Shown piece after piece: positions 8,411 through 16,938 of a stretch of 64,000 nucleotides of DNA. This DNA comes from Oligoflexales bacterium. GTDB taxonomy: Bacteria > Bdellovibrionota_B > Oligoflexia > Oligoflexales > Bog-1112. A model generated the notes under the pieces. That model saw only the letters and a program-made list of their open reading frames with translations. It was not told the origin of the DNA and searched no databases. Numbering within the stretch: the first letter of the stretch is position 1; each line of letters starts with the position of its first letter. The position numbers were made by a program, and so were the translations under genes. Where the stretch lies: contig JBGCEP010000026.1 in NCBI GenBank assembly GCA_045106415.1, positions 11,152-75,151 on the forward strand, in the 5' to 3' direction.

Positions 8411-11161
8411 ATGTCAAAATTTAATATCATGTATATATATCTTATTTGTTTTTTTATAACGTCTTGTATGTCGGGAGAGTCTTCTCAAGAAGCAGGGCAA
8501 CAAAATTTATCGCAAAAAAATTCTAACCAAGAAAATTTTGATGAAAACCTTGAGGGAAATGAAATATTGGGTGAAGATTTAGAATTTGAAGAACAAAATA
8601 ACTATGCCCAAACGATAAACAATGATGGTTCAGATTATAATGATGAAAAAGAAAAAACATTACCATCAACTTTCCGTGATGGAAGATCTCAAGAAAAACA
8701 AAGTTTTGAAGATGAAAATTATGAAGATCAAAACAATAAGATTATCGCACAACGTACTCTTTGGTGGGTAGGGTTTGACTCAAGAGAACCTGACGGCCAT
8801 GTGCGAGTGGAAGTTGTGATAAAAGGAGATGTGAAATATGATATTTTTCAAGAAATTAATTTGGCAGAACAACCTGAAGTTGTTTTGCGTCTTTATCAAA
8901 CAAAATCACGAAAAAAACTATTACGTGATATTAATGCTAGTGAGTTTAGAAGTCCTGTAGCATGGATACGAGTCCGAGAGTCTATGGGGTTTACTGATGT
9001 TGTGATGACTCTAAGAGATGAAGTCAAGCCAAAATTATTTACGGAAAATGGAAAGTTTTTGTTTTTGTTTTCAATACCAGATCGTTATTATGGCAATAAG
9101 TCTATAGGTGTTGCTTCATCAGAAAAAGCTCCGTTATTACATGATGCTGATGTTTTCCCTGTTATTTTAGGAGGTAGTGAGTCTCCTAAAGCAATACCAA
9201 GAAATTTTTATGCTGAAAATCAAAACTTTGAAAAAATTCAAGAAGAAGATTTTAATGACGTTGAACTTGATGAGCCTCCTGAGTTACCTAATGATTTTAA
9301 TAATGAAGTTTCCTATGATGAGCAAGAATCGTCATCTAATGAAGAACAGTACAATAATGAAACTCAGCAGCAGTATGATAATAAAGATCAAGATAATTAT
9401 AATAATCAGCAAGAAGATTATGATGATAATACAAATGATGAAGCACACGTTATTTGGTCATCCAGCGCTTGGACAGTAGCCCAAGATAATTTGTTTGATG
9501 ATAATAATGTGTATGATAATGATGCATATGAAGAAGATAATAATATTGGGCCTGAATCTCCAAATGAAGTTCTTAATAGCAATGGTGGAAATAACGTTAG
9601 TATAAATGATGAAAATGTTCAGGTTGGAAATATTCAAGATGATCTTGAAGGCCAAGATGAAGAAACAATAAAAGTAGCGCCTGTCGTGGCTATGAAAAAA
9701 ATTGTAGATTTAAATTTTAGAAATTCAAATTTACAAGATGTGATCAGAACACTAAGTGAAGAGAGTGAAATGAACTTTCTATTTGCACAAGATGTTCAAA
9801 ATATTACTGTGAATATTCGACTTAAAAATGTAACATTTGAAGACGCTTTAGATTCGATTTTAAGAACTTATAGTCTTGCTTCTACGAAATTAGCTCCAAA
9901 TGTTTATCGTATTGTAAGAATTCAAAATTTAGCTGAAGAAAAAAGAACGCTAGTTGAATCTCAAAGAGACCATATTGCTTTAATACCAACGAAAATACTA
10001 GTTGCTAGGCTTTCTTATACAAAAGCTCCTGATATTGTTGAAATGGTACAGCAAATTTTAACAGGAACAGGTGATACGAGAGTTCGAGTTCAATCAGACA
10101 AGAGGACGAACTCTTTAATTGTAGAAGCAATACCTTCTGAACTAAGTAAAGTAAAAGCTCTGATTGAGAGGCTTGATCTTAAAATTCCTCAAGTAAGAAT
10201 TTCTTCGCGTGTGATTGAAGTGTTGAATGATAAATCGAAATCAATGGGGATTAATTGGACTTCACCTTTAGCTCACGATGGTTTACCTGGCCTAGCAGGC
10301 GGTAATCTTCCAATACCAAAACGATTAGCTTCTACTTTTGCTATTGATGCTGGGCAAACAACAACTGGTAATGGTCGTATTAACCTACTGTTAGGGAATA
10401 TTAATAGTGCTATGGAAATGCGTTTAGGCTTAAGTTTAAGTGAAAATAAAGGATATACAAAACAGATACAGAATAGCAGTGTGGTTGTTATGGATTCTGA
10501 AACAGCTAAAATATCAGCTGTCAAAACAGATTATATTCAGTTAGCAGAAGCTTTAGAAGAAATTACATATACCGTTGAGCTTGAAGTGACTCCGCAGATT
10601 ACAGCTGAAGGATCGGTTCTTTTAGATGTTAAAATCACAGCGGCAGATCCATCTGCAAGTAATGCCGACGGTGAACAAAACTCAAGAAATGAGAGAGCAT
10701 TAGAAACTCATCTTTTAAAAAGAAGCGGTGAAACAGCAGTGATTGGAGGTCTTTATACCTCTAGTTCTATTCAAGGGTACGCAGGTGTTCCGTTCTTTTC
10801 AAATATTCCTATTATCGGTAGCTTATTCCGCTCAAATCAAGAAACAGAAGATAGAAGGGATCTTGTTGTTATGATTACTCCTGAAATTGTAGGAGGAGAA
10901 AATAATGAAGAGTTCTCTGTCGTGGAATCTGGCAATAATTTAAACAGCCCGATGTCAGAAGAAGATGATTTTGAAAATCCAGCTAATTTTGGTGATGGTT
11001 TTGATGATGCTACCGATGTTGAAGTAGCGCCTTTGGATGAAAATAATCAACAACAAGCACAACAAGAGGAACAAGACCAAAATCAACAGCAAAATCAACA
11101 GTACCAAGAACAAAATCAACAGTACCAACAGCAAAATCAACAACAAATTCAGCAAAGTTAG
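8411..11161 (+). CDS. pilQ: type IV pilus secretin PilQ, lipoprotein-type N-terminus with large low-complexity inserts
   Basis: ATG at 8411 has AGAGG upstream (track ORF starts at 8375). Lipobox-like 'FFITSC'. The canonical secretin C-domain reads 'GETAVIGGLYTSSSIQGYAGVPFFSNIPIIGSLFRSNQETEDRRDLVVMITPEIV'. N0/N1-like modules precede it. Confidence 0.9.
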   Translation: MSKFNIMYIYLICFFITSCMSGESSQEAGQQNLSQKNSNQENFDENLEGNEILGEDLEFEEQNNYAQTINNDGSDYNDEKEKTLPSTFRDGRSQEKQSFEDENYEDQNNKIIAQRTLWWVGFDSREPDGHVRVEVVIKGDVKYDIFQEINLAEQPEVVLRLYQTKSRKKLLRDINASEFRSPVAWIRVRESMGFTDVVMTLRDEVKPKLFTENGKFLFLFSIPDRYYGNKSIGVASSEKAPLLHDADVFPVILGGSESPKAIPRNFYAENQNFEKIQEEDFNDVELDEPPELPNDFNNEVSYDEQESSSNEEQYNNETQQQYDNKDQDNYNNQQEDYDDNTNDEAHVIWSSSAWTVAQDNLFDDNNVYDNDAYEEDNNIGPESPNEVLNSNGGNNVSINDENVQVGNIQDDLEGQDEETIKVAPVVAMKKIVDLNFRNSNLQDVIRTLSEESEMNFLFAQDVQNITVNIRLKNVTFEDALDSILRTYSLASTKLAPNVYRIVRIQNLAEEKRTLVESQRDHIALIPTKILVARLSYTKAPDIVEMVQQILTGTGDTRVRVQSDKRTNSLIVEAIPSELSKVKALIERLDLKIPQVRISSRVIEVLNDKSKSMGINWTSPLAHDGLPGLAGGNLPIPKRLASTFAIDAGQTTTGNGRINLLLGNINSAMEMRLGLSLSENKGYTKQIQNSSVVVMDSETAKISAVKTDYIQLAEALEEITYTVELEVTPQITAEGSVLLDVKITAADPSASNADGEQNSRNERALETHLLKRSGETAVIGGLYTSSSIQGYAGVPFFSNIPIIGSLFRSNQETEDRRDLVVMITPEIVGGENNEEFSVVESGNNLNSPMSEEDDFENPANFGDGFDDATDVEVAPLDENNQQQAQQEEQDQNQQQNQQYQEQNQQYQQQNQQQIQQS

Positions 11162-11176
11162 GTGGAGAATTCAGTT

Positions 11177-11818
11177 ATGATGAAAAAATCTAATATTTTT
11201 GTTTTAGTATTTTTACATATATTTACAGGCTGTCTTCCAGACGCGAGCCTTGACGATCCAGGTGTGTGCGCTCTGCAGTGTGAATCTGCTTATTTAGCAA
11301 ATAGATTTAAAAATACTGTTCAATTTGAATTTTTATCAGGCGGTGAAGAGGATTCCTTAAATTTGAACTGTGCAGATGCCATTGCGCTTGCACAAATTGA
11401 CGCAGATGAAGATGGTGTTGCGGATATAGATCCTACCCAAATATTTTGGGGGCCGATAGCTTTGTATTTTGGTATGACATCACCCATACCTCGTCGAGAA
11501 CTGAATGATGATACAAGAGAGTTGGAATCGGCAACTGATCCTGTGCCTGTGTCAGCAGTCAGTTTTGAACCAATTGTTTACGGTTTAGTTGATGAATCTC
11601 AAACAAATCCGGCAATAAGTCGTTTTGGAAGTGATGCAAGCACATTATATCGTGGTGTTCTTACCTCACCTGATTCATGGTGCTCTGATGCCTGTGGTAT
11701 TGCTAAAGTTGAAATTGTACCCAGATGTATGGCAAGTGGGGATACAAATACTGTTAACGTATTGTTGCATTCAGGATCTGTTGTTGGAACAGCATCTGTT
11801 ATTACAGAGGTTGAATAA
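11177..11818 (+). CDS. Cys-rich lipoprotein of unknown function (immediately after pilQ)
   Basis: ATG at 11177 lies 9 nt after GGTGGAG. The signal plus lipobox is 'VFLHIFTGC'. The mature part has 7 further Cys. I recognise no family. Confidence 0.6.
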   Translation: MMKKSNIFVLVFLHIFTGCLPDASLDDPGVCALQCESAYLANRFKNTVQFEFLSGGEEDSLNLNCADAIALAQIDADEDGVADIDPTQIFWGPIALYFGMTSPIPRRELNDDTRELESATDPVPVSAVSFEPIVYGLVDESQTNPAISRFGSDASTLYRGVLTSPDSWCSDACGIAKVEIVPRCMASGDTNTVNVLLHSGSVVGTASVITEVE

Positions 11819-12579
11819 TGGCTCACCAAACACACCCAATGTTATTAGGTCTTGATAGAAATACATTAAAACCAACAGAATTGATTATAATTAAAAAATT
11901 TGAAAAAGATCCTGAATATTTAGGTTTTCTCCCAGTATCAGATATTTTAAAATCTTATGGGTATCATCATCAATCATTAGAAATTTTAATTCAAGGGGTT
12001 GAAGATCATCCATATTTTACAGCTGCGAGAGTCCATTTAGTAAAAGAACTATTTGATCAAGGTTTGTTTAGGCATAGCTGGCAAATATTTGAACAATCTC
12101 CTTGTATTTTAGATCAAAATCCGACCGCTCTTATTTTGAAATGGAAATTATCAATTCTCCTAAGATTTGAAAAACTAGCGTTTGATATTTCTTATGATTT
12201 ACAATCTAAAAAAAATTTTGATAAAGATATCAAAGAAAAATGCGAACTTATTGTTTCTGGCTTCTTTTCTCAGGTGGAATCATCATTAAAAGAGAGTCTT
12301 CTAGAGCAAAGAATTCCTTTAGATGATCTAAAAGAAATAAAAAGGTCTATAAATCAACCGACCTATGATAAAAAATGGTCTGGGTTTCAGTCTTGTCATT
12401 TAAAAAAAGCATTCGAAAGATCGAAGACAGGATCAATAAAGGAAAGTATGGAATTTTCAAATGATGATGATTTAAGTGATGATCTTTTAAAAATAATAGG
12501 AATGCCGATTTTTAATAAAAAAGAAAATAATATAAAGAAAAAATATTATAATTTGCTGCTTCGAACTTTAGAGATGTAG
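11818..12579 (+). CDS. hypothetical protein, helical-repeat (TPR-like) appearance, no signal peptide
   Basis: TAATG overlap with the preceding gene. 253-aa ORF in operon context. The TPR-like impression comes from the sequence pattern only. Confidence 0.5.
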   Translation: MAHQTHPMLLGLDRNTLKPTELIIIKKFEKDPEYLGFLPVSDILKSYGYHHQSLEILIQGVEDHPYFTAARVHLVKELFDQGLFRHSWQIFEQSPCILDQNPTALILKWKLSILLRFEKLAFDISYDLQSKKNFDKDIKEKCELIVSGFFSQVESSLKESLLEQRIPLDDLKEIKRSINQPTYDKKWSGFQSCHLKKAFERSKTGSIKESMEFSNDDDLSDDLLKIIGMPIFNKKENNIKKKYYNLLLRTLEM

Positions 12580-12580
12580 A

Positions 12581-13027
12581 ATGAAGACATATGGTATTAA
12601 AATATTAAATGGTGTAAATTTAGATCTTCTTGGCACGAGAGAGCCACATATTTATGGTGCTAAAGATTTAATGGATTTAGAAAAATTTCTTCGTGATTTA
12701 TTAAAAAAATGGTCAATAAATCATGTGGAATTGAGTTTTTTTCAATCGAATCAAGAAAGTGAATTTCTTAACAGTATGACTTCATCGTCTGATGCAATGA
12801 TTATTAATGCAGGAGCATGGTCTCATACGAGTTTAGCGATTGCTGATCGACTTAAGGCAATTCATGTTCCTTATATAGAAGTGCATTTATCTAATGTTTT
12901 CGATAGAGAAACATATCGCCACCACTCTTGGCTAAGTCCAAGAGCTGTGAGTGTGGTGAGTGGTGGTGGATTTAGTGCTTACAGTATGGCTTTATGGGGA
13001 CTTATAGAGCATTTGCGTTTATCGTAA
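12581..13027 (+). CDS. aroQ: 3-dehydroquinate dehydratase, type II
   Basis: 'ILNGVNLDLLGTREPHIYG', 'INAGAWSHTSLAIAD' and 'EVHLSNV' are type II DHQase signatures. 148 aa. Confidence 0.9.
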   Translation: MKTYGIKILNGVNLDLLGTREPHIYGAKDLMDLEKFLRDLLKKWSINHVELSFFQSNQESEFLNSMTSSSDAMIINAGAWSHTSLAIADRLKAIHVPYIEVHLSNVFDRETYRHHSWLSPRAVSVVSGGGFSAYSMALWGLIEHLRLS

Positions 13028-13028
13028 G

Positions 13029-13691
13029 TTAAGAAGATGTTCTTGTGATTGTACTCCAGTTATGTTGCGTATTTGCTCCGTTTCTTCTGTAGCTATTCCA
13101 TTTTTTGTTGTGATGAGTGCATTCTCTTATTGTATAGATAGATGATGGTGGTACTTCGTACTCTTTAAAGATAAACAGAGCTAATTGATTGAGATCAAGA
13201 TGCCATCGATCGTTTATACCTTTTGTTGAAGCAAGAAAAAAATCTTCTGATGAAAATTGCATCTTAAAGCTTTCTATGACTTCTGGTCCGATTTCGAAGC
13301 AGCATGGGCCAATTGATGGACCTATTACAACTTTTAATTGTGATTTTTTAAAAGATGACAGCGTATTTTGTATGACCCCAGATGCTAAACCTTTCCAACC
13401 AGCGTGAATCCCGCCAATTCGATGTTGATCCCAGATGAGTATAGGGAGGCAATCGGCTGTTCTTATAGCGAGTTCACAGTGATTCTGCTCTGTCGAAAAA
13501 GCATCTCCCATGAGATGCTCTGTGGATTGTTCGTTGACACATAGATGTCGATTACTATGGACTTGATGGAGTTTATTTTTAGGTGAAAAGCAGTGGCCTT
13601 TCCCATAAAAATTCAGTCTAATATTATGAAATTTGGGTAAATCTTGTAGAGAAATGAAATGAGATTTATCTAAATATTCCCAACTTTGCAT
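13029..13691 (-). CDS. pgeF: YfiH/PgeF-family (DUF152, laccase-domain) protein
   Basis: 'TADCLPILIWD' and 'GGIHAGWKGLASG' match the conserved Cys/His motifs of the family. 220 aa. Confidence 0.8.
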   Translation of the reverse strand: MQSWEYLDKSHFISLQDLPKFHNIRLNFYGKGHCFSPKNKLHQVHSNRHLCVNEQSTEHLMGDAFSTEQNHCELAIRTADCLPILIWDQHRIGGIHAGWKGLASGVIQNTLSSFKKSQLKVVIGPSIGPCCFEIGPEVIESFKMQFSSEDFFLASTKGINDRWHLDLNQLALFIFKEYEVPPSSIYTIRECTHHNKKWNSYRRNGANTQHNWSTITRTSS

Positions 13692-13754
13692 TTTTCCTCC
13701 TTAAAGAAGGTTATAATAAAAACGGACGTCCAACTATAGCTGTGTGAGGGAATA

Positions 13755-15008
13755 ATGTCAGGTGATCTTTTGGATGATAGGCCAATTCTTGTTGTTGATG
13801 ATGATATTGCCATTCAGAACTTAATGAAAAGGCAGCTCTCAGATATTGGAGCTCATCATATTGATACAGCAAGCCGTGGCGATGATGCTTGGGGTCTACT
13901 TTGTGACCATCACTATCGCCTTATTATTCTAGATTGGAGATTGCCTGGCTTAGGTGGAGTCACTCTTTTTAATCGTTTAAGGTTAAAAGTTGATTATGCA
14001 AGAACACCTATTCTTGTTGTTTCAGGATTTGTTACAAAAAAAGATTTTTCTCTTTTAGATGATTATCCTTGCACAGATTTTTTAGAAAAACCTTTTTCAA
14101 AGCTGCAAACAGAACAAGCTGTAGAAGATCTTTTAAAAACATCAAACTGGTATGTACAAAGTGAAGAAAAGTTATCATTAATATTAAAAAAACATCAACG
14201 TAATCCTGTTGTCATGGTAGAAGAAGTAGATAAAATTATTGCAGGAAACCCTAAGCCCTTAGCTATATGCTTGATTGTAGCAAGGTATTTAAGAAAAATG
14301 GAGAATTATCATGACGCTTCATTATATGCAAAAAAAGCGCTAAATTATGATAAGAACTCCTTAGCTGCGATGACAGAAATGGCAAAAATATTACACCTTC
14401 AAGGTCAAATTGATAGCGCGACAAAAATGTTGCGCATGGTTTCTCAGATTTCTATGCAAAATATTGATAGACTGTGCTTACTAGGAGAACTAGAAATGAC
14501 TTCAGGTAAGCCTAAAGAAGCAAGACAAGTTTTTGCAAAAGCTCTTGACCTTGATTCAGAGTGTGAAAAAGCAAAAACAGGAACTGAATTTGCAAATCAA
14601 TTAGAAGAATTTCAAGCGCATAGCCAAGAATCTATTCCTCAAAACCTTGCGGGTATAGCTAATATTATGGGTATTTCTCTTGCTAAAAAAGGAAAATTAA
14701 AAGAAGCAGAGAAAACATATCATGCAGCAATGTCTTTTTTAACAGATAGGTCTGAGCAAGCGAAAATATGGTTTAATCTTGGTATTTGTCATTTAAAATA
14801 TGGAGATCATAAAAAAGGAATAGCACTTATGGAGAAAAGTGTTCAATGTGGTGGTGACGTTTTTTTAAGAGCAGGTCAAGTTTTAGATCAACTTCGTTTT
14901 GGAAACACATCCCAAGAAACGATAGATTTTTATCATTTAGATGATGAAGAACTTCATGATGGAGTTTATGATCAAGAATCGTTTGGAATAAGTCGAATGT
15001 GGTTTTGA
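13755..15008 (+). CDS. response-regulator receiver fused to TPR-repeat domain
   Basis: 'ILVVDDDIAIQNL', 'LIILDWRLPGLGG' and 'LEKPF' are receiver DD/D/K positions. The C-terminal ~270 aa has TPR-like repeats ('AKKALNYDKNSLAAMTEMAKILHLQGQ'). Confidence 0.8.
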   Translation: MSGDLLDDRPILVVDDDIAIQNLMKRQLSDIGAHHIDTASRGDDAWGLLCDHHYRLIILDWRLPGLGGVTLFNRLRLKVDYARTPILVVSGFVTKKDFSLLDDYPCTDFLEKPFSKLQTEQAVEDLLKTSNWYVQSEEKLSLILKKHQRNPVVMVEEVDKIIAGNPKPLAICLIVARYLRKMENYHDASLYAKKALNYDKNSLAAMTEMAKILHLQGQIDSATKMLRMVSQISMQNIDRLCLLGELEMTSGKPKEARQVFAKALDLDSECEKAKTGTEFANQLEEFQAHSQESIPQNLAGIANIMGISLAKKGKLKEAEKTYHAAMSFLTDRSEQAKIWFNLGICHLKYGDHKKGIALMEKSVQCGGDVFLRAGQVLDQLRFGNTSQETIDFYHLDDEELHDGVYDQESFGISRMWF

Positions 15009-15009
15009 T

Positions 15010-16482
15010 TTATTCATTTTGTTTGATTAATATATCGATTTCTTTTTTGATTTTTTCAAACTCAATTTTTTCATCTTTAATTAAAGAAGAAATTTTTTCA
15101 TAACTCCATTTGTTATCAGAAGCTTCTTCAATTGTGTTGAGTAATGACTCTAGTTTAAGAGCACCAATATTTGCTGCCATGCCTCGAAGTTTATGGGACT
15201 TTCTTCCTATTTTGTATAAATCTTTTTCATTTTGAAGTTCATTATGAACCTCTGATCCGTGATTACGAAAAAGTTCAAAGACTTCAAGAAGAAATTTTTT
15301 TGAATGTTCATGTGAGATCGATAGTAAATCGTGTATTCGTTGAGGTGACAATGTCGAATTATCAAAATCTATTAAAGGAATAGAGATTGATAGGGAGGTT
15401 TTTTTCTTAGACATGGCATGAATTGATGTAGACCATTTCTTAATTAGGTTTAAAAAATCATCAATATCTAGTGGTTTAAATAAAACTCCTCCCATACCTG
15501 AACTTTTACATTTTTTGTCTAAAAATTTATCATTCTTCCCAATGAATGCAACAATAAGAGGTGTTTTCTCAGTTTTTTTTGCAAGAATATTTTGAGTTGT
15601 GATAAACCCGTCTTGCCGAGGCATTTGACAGTCCATAAGAATCAGATCAAATAAATATTTATTGTGTTTTTTTTCTGCTATATCTCCATCATCCGCTATT
15701 TCACATAGATCGCAAAAAGGTTCTAACATAGCTTGAGAGACAGTAAGATTTAGGTGGTTGTCATCTACAATAAGAACCTTGGGTTTTTTAGGATTTTTAA
15801 TGTGTCGAGTTTTATGTTTTTCGTGAGATATTTTAAAACCTTTACCATAAATAGTTTCAATTTGAATAAGGCTTCCAATTTCAATTAAAATCTGCCTTAT
15901 ATTCTGAATTTTTTTATCTAGAGTATTAGGGGAAAGATGAGTTCCTCCCCAAATTCTATTTAGAATGTCTTCACGGGTTGTCATCATACCTGGAATACGT
16001 ATCATAAGTTTTAGAATAGCCATTTCTTTTTTGGGTATAGGTGAGACTTTTTTGTTACATTGAATGTTACTTTGAATATCATCAAATATAACATCTGCAT
16101 ACGAAAATCTTTCAGACTTATCTGAAACGTGTTTGAGTAGTCGTGCACAAATAATCTCTTTTTTAAGAGGTTTTTCTATAAAGTCATCAGCCCCAAGGGA
16201 CAGAGATTCTTTGATATAGGGTTTGTCATTATGGCTGGTCATAATAAAAATAGGAGTATGATTCCATATTTTTTGTAAAGGTTGGATAAGTTCTAAGCCT
16301 AGGATATTTGAATCGAGGTGGATATCTAAAAAAACTGCAATTGGGTGAAATTGAGAAGCTTTTCTAAGAAGTTGATGTGGGTCTATGAATGTAACTGTTT
16401 TCACACCAGTGAAGTCTTCAATGATCCGGTGAGTCATAGGGTCATCATCAAGGACAATAATATATTCCGATTTTTTAATCAT
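15010..16482 (-). CDS. REC - OmpR-type winged-helix - REC - HPt single-chain phosphorelay protein
   Basis: REC1 shows 'IIVLDDDPM', 'VFLDIHL', 'IMTSH' and 'IEKPL'. The wHTH shows 'KKEMAILKLMIRIPGMMTTREDILNRIWGG...LDKKIQNIRQ...IETIYGKGFKI'. REC2 shows 'VLIVDDNHLN', 'LILMDCQMP' and 'LFKPL'. The HPt shows 'SHKLRGMAANIGA'. Confidence 0.8.
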   Translation of the reverse strand: MIKKSEYIIVLDDDPMTHRIIEDFTGVKTVTFIDPHQLLRKASQFHPIAVFLDIHLDSNILGLELIQPLQKIWNHTPIFIMTSHNDKPYIKESLSLGADDFIEKPLKKEIICARLLKHVSDKSERFSYADVIFDDIQSNIQCNKKVSPIPKKEMAILKLMIRIPGMMTTREDILNRIWGGTHLSPNTLDKKIQNIRQILIEIGSLIQIETIYGKGFKISHEKHKTRHIKNPKKPKVLIVDDNHLNLTVSQAMLEPFCDLCEIADDGDIAEKKHNKYLFDLILMDCQMPRQDGFITTQNILAKKTEKTPLIVAFIGKNDKFLDKKCKSSGMGGVLFKPLDIDDFLNLIKKWSTSIHAMSKKKTSLSISIPLIDFDNSTLSPQRIHDLLSISHEHSKKFLLEVFELFRNHGSEVHNELQNEKDLYKIGRKSHKLRGMAANIGALKLESLLNTIEEASDNKWSYEKISSLIKDEKIEFEKIKKEIDILIKQNE

Positions 16483-16938
16483 AACTCACCTCGTTATATT
16501 GTTAACTCATCGGATGTGGAGAAGTTCTACTCAAATAGAAAGAAATATTTTTTTTAAATATAAGATAAAATAAGATTTTTTATATTTATGTCGGTATTCT
16601 TGTTGAGGTGTGATTTTTATCATTTCATGACGCATGATGATCATTGCACGTTAATTTTTTTAATTGTGTGAAGGCAGATATTTAGCGAAAAAAAATTTTA
16701 AAACCAATACCTTATATTTAGAGAATGCCCAGAGGATAAACTTAAAATGCTATATTTCTGTATAGGTTTAAAATGAAACTTTGTCTTTTCTATAAGTTGA
16801 TACCACGCAGCTTGCTATTATCTTTAAATTAAAGCAGCATAAATATCCCTAACATGCTGTGAAGAAAAAGTTTTTCATATCTAAGATTATTGAGAAAGGT
16901 GAATGTTATGCCAACTAAAAAAGAATCAATATGAGAAT

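Noticed and set aside
9177-9655. Track ORFs 9177-9479 (+) and 9458-9655 (-) inside pilQ.
   Set aside because: They are alternative-frame or antisense readings of the low-complexity A/T-rich codon run. Their compositions (K/I/M-rich, I-rich) are artefactual and they lie wholly within a strongly supported gene.
10955-11155. Leucine-rich 66-aa ORF on the minus strand.
   Set aside because: It is the antisense reading of the CAA/CAG glutamine repeat of the PilQ tail (TTG = Leu), not an independent gene.
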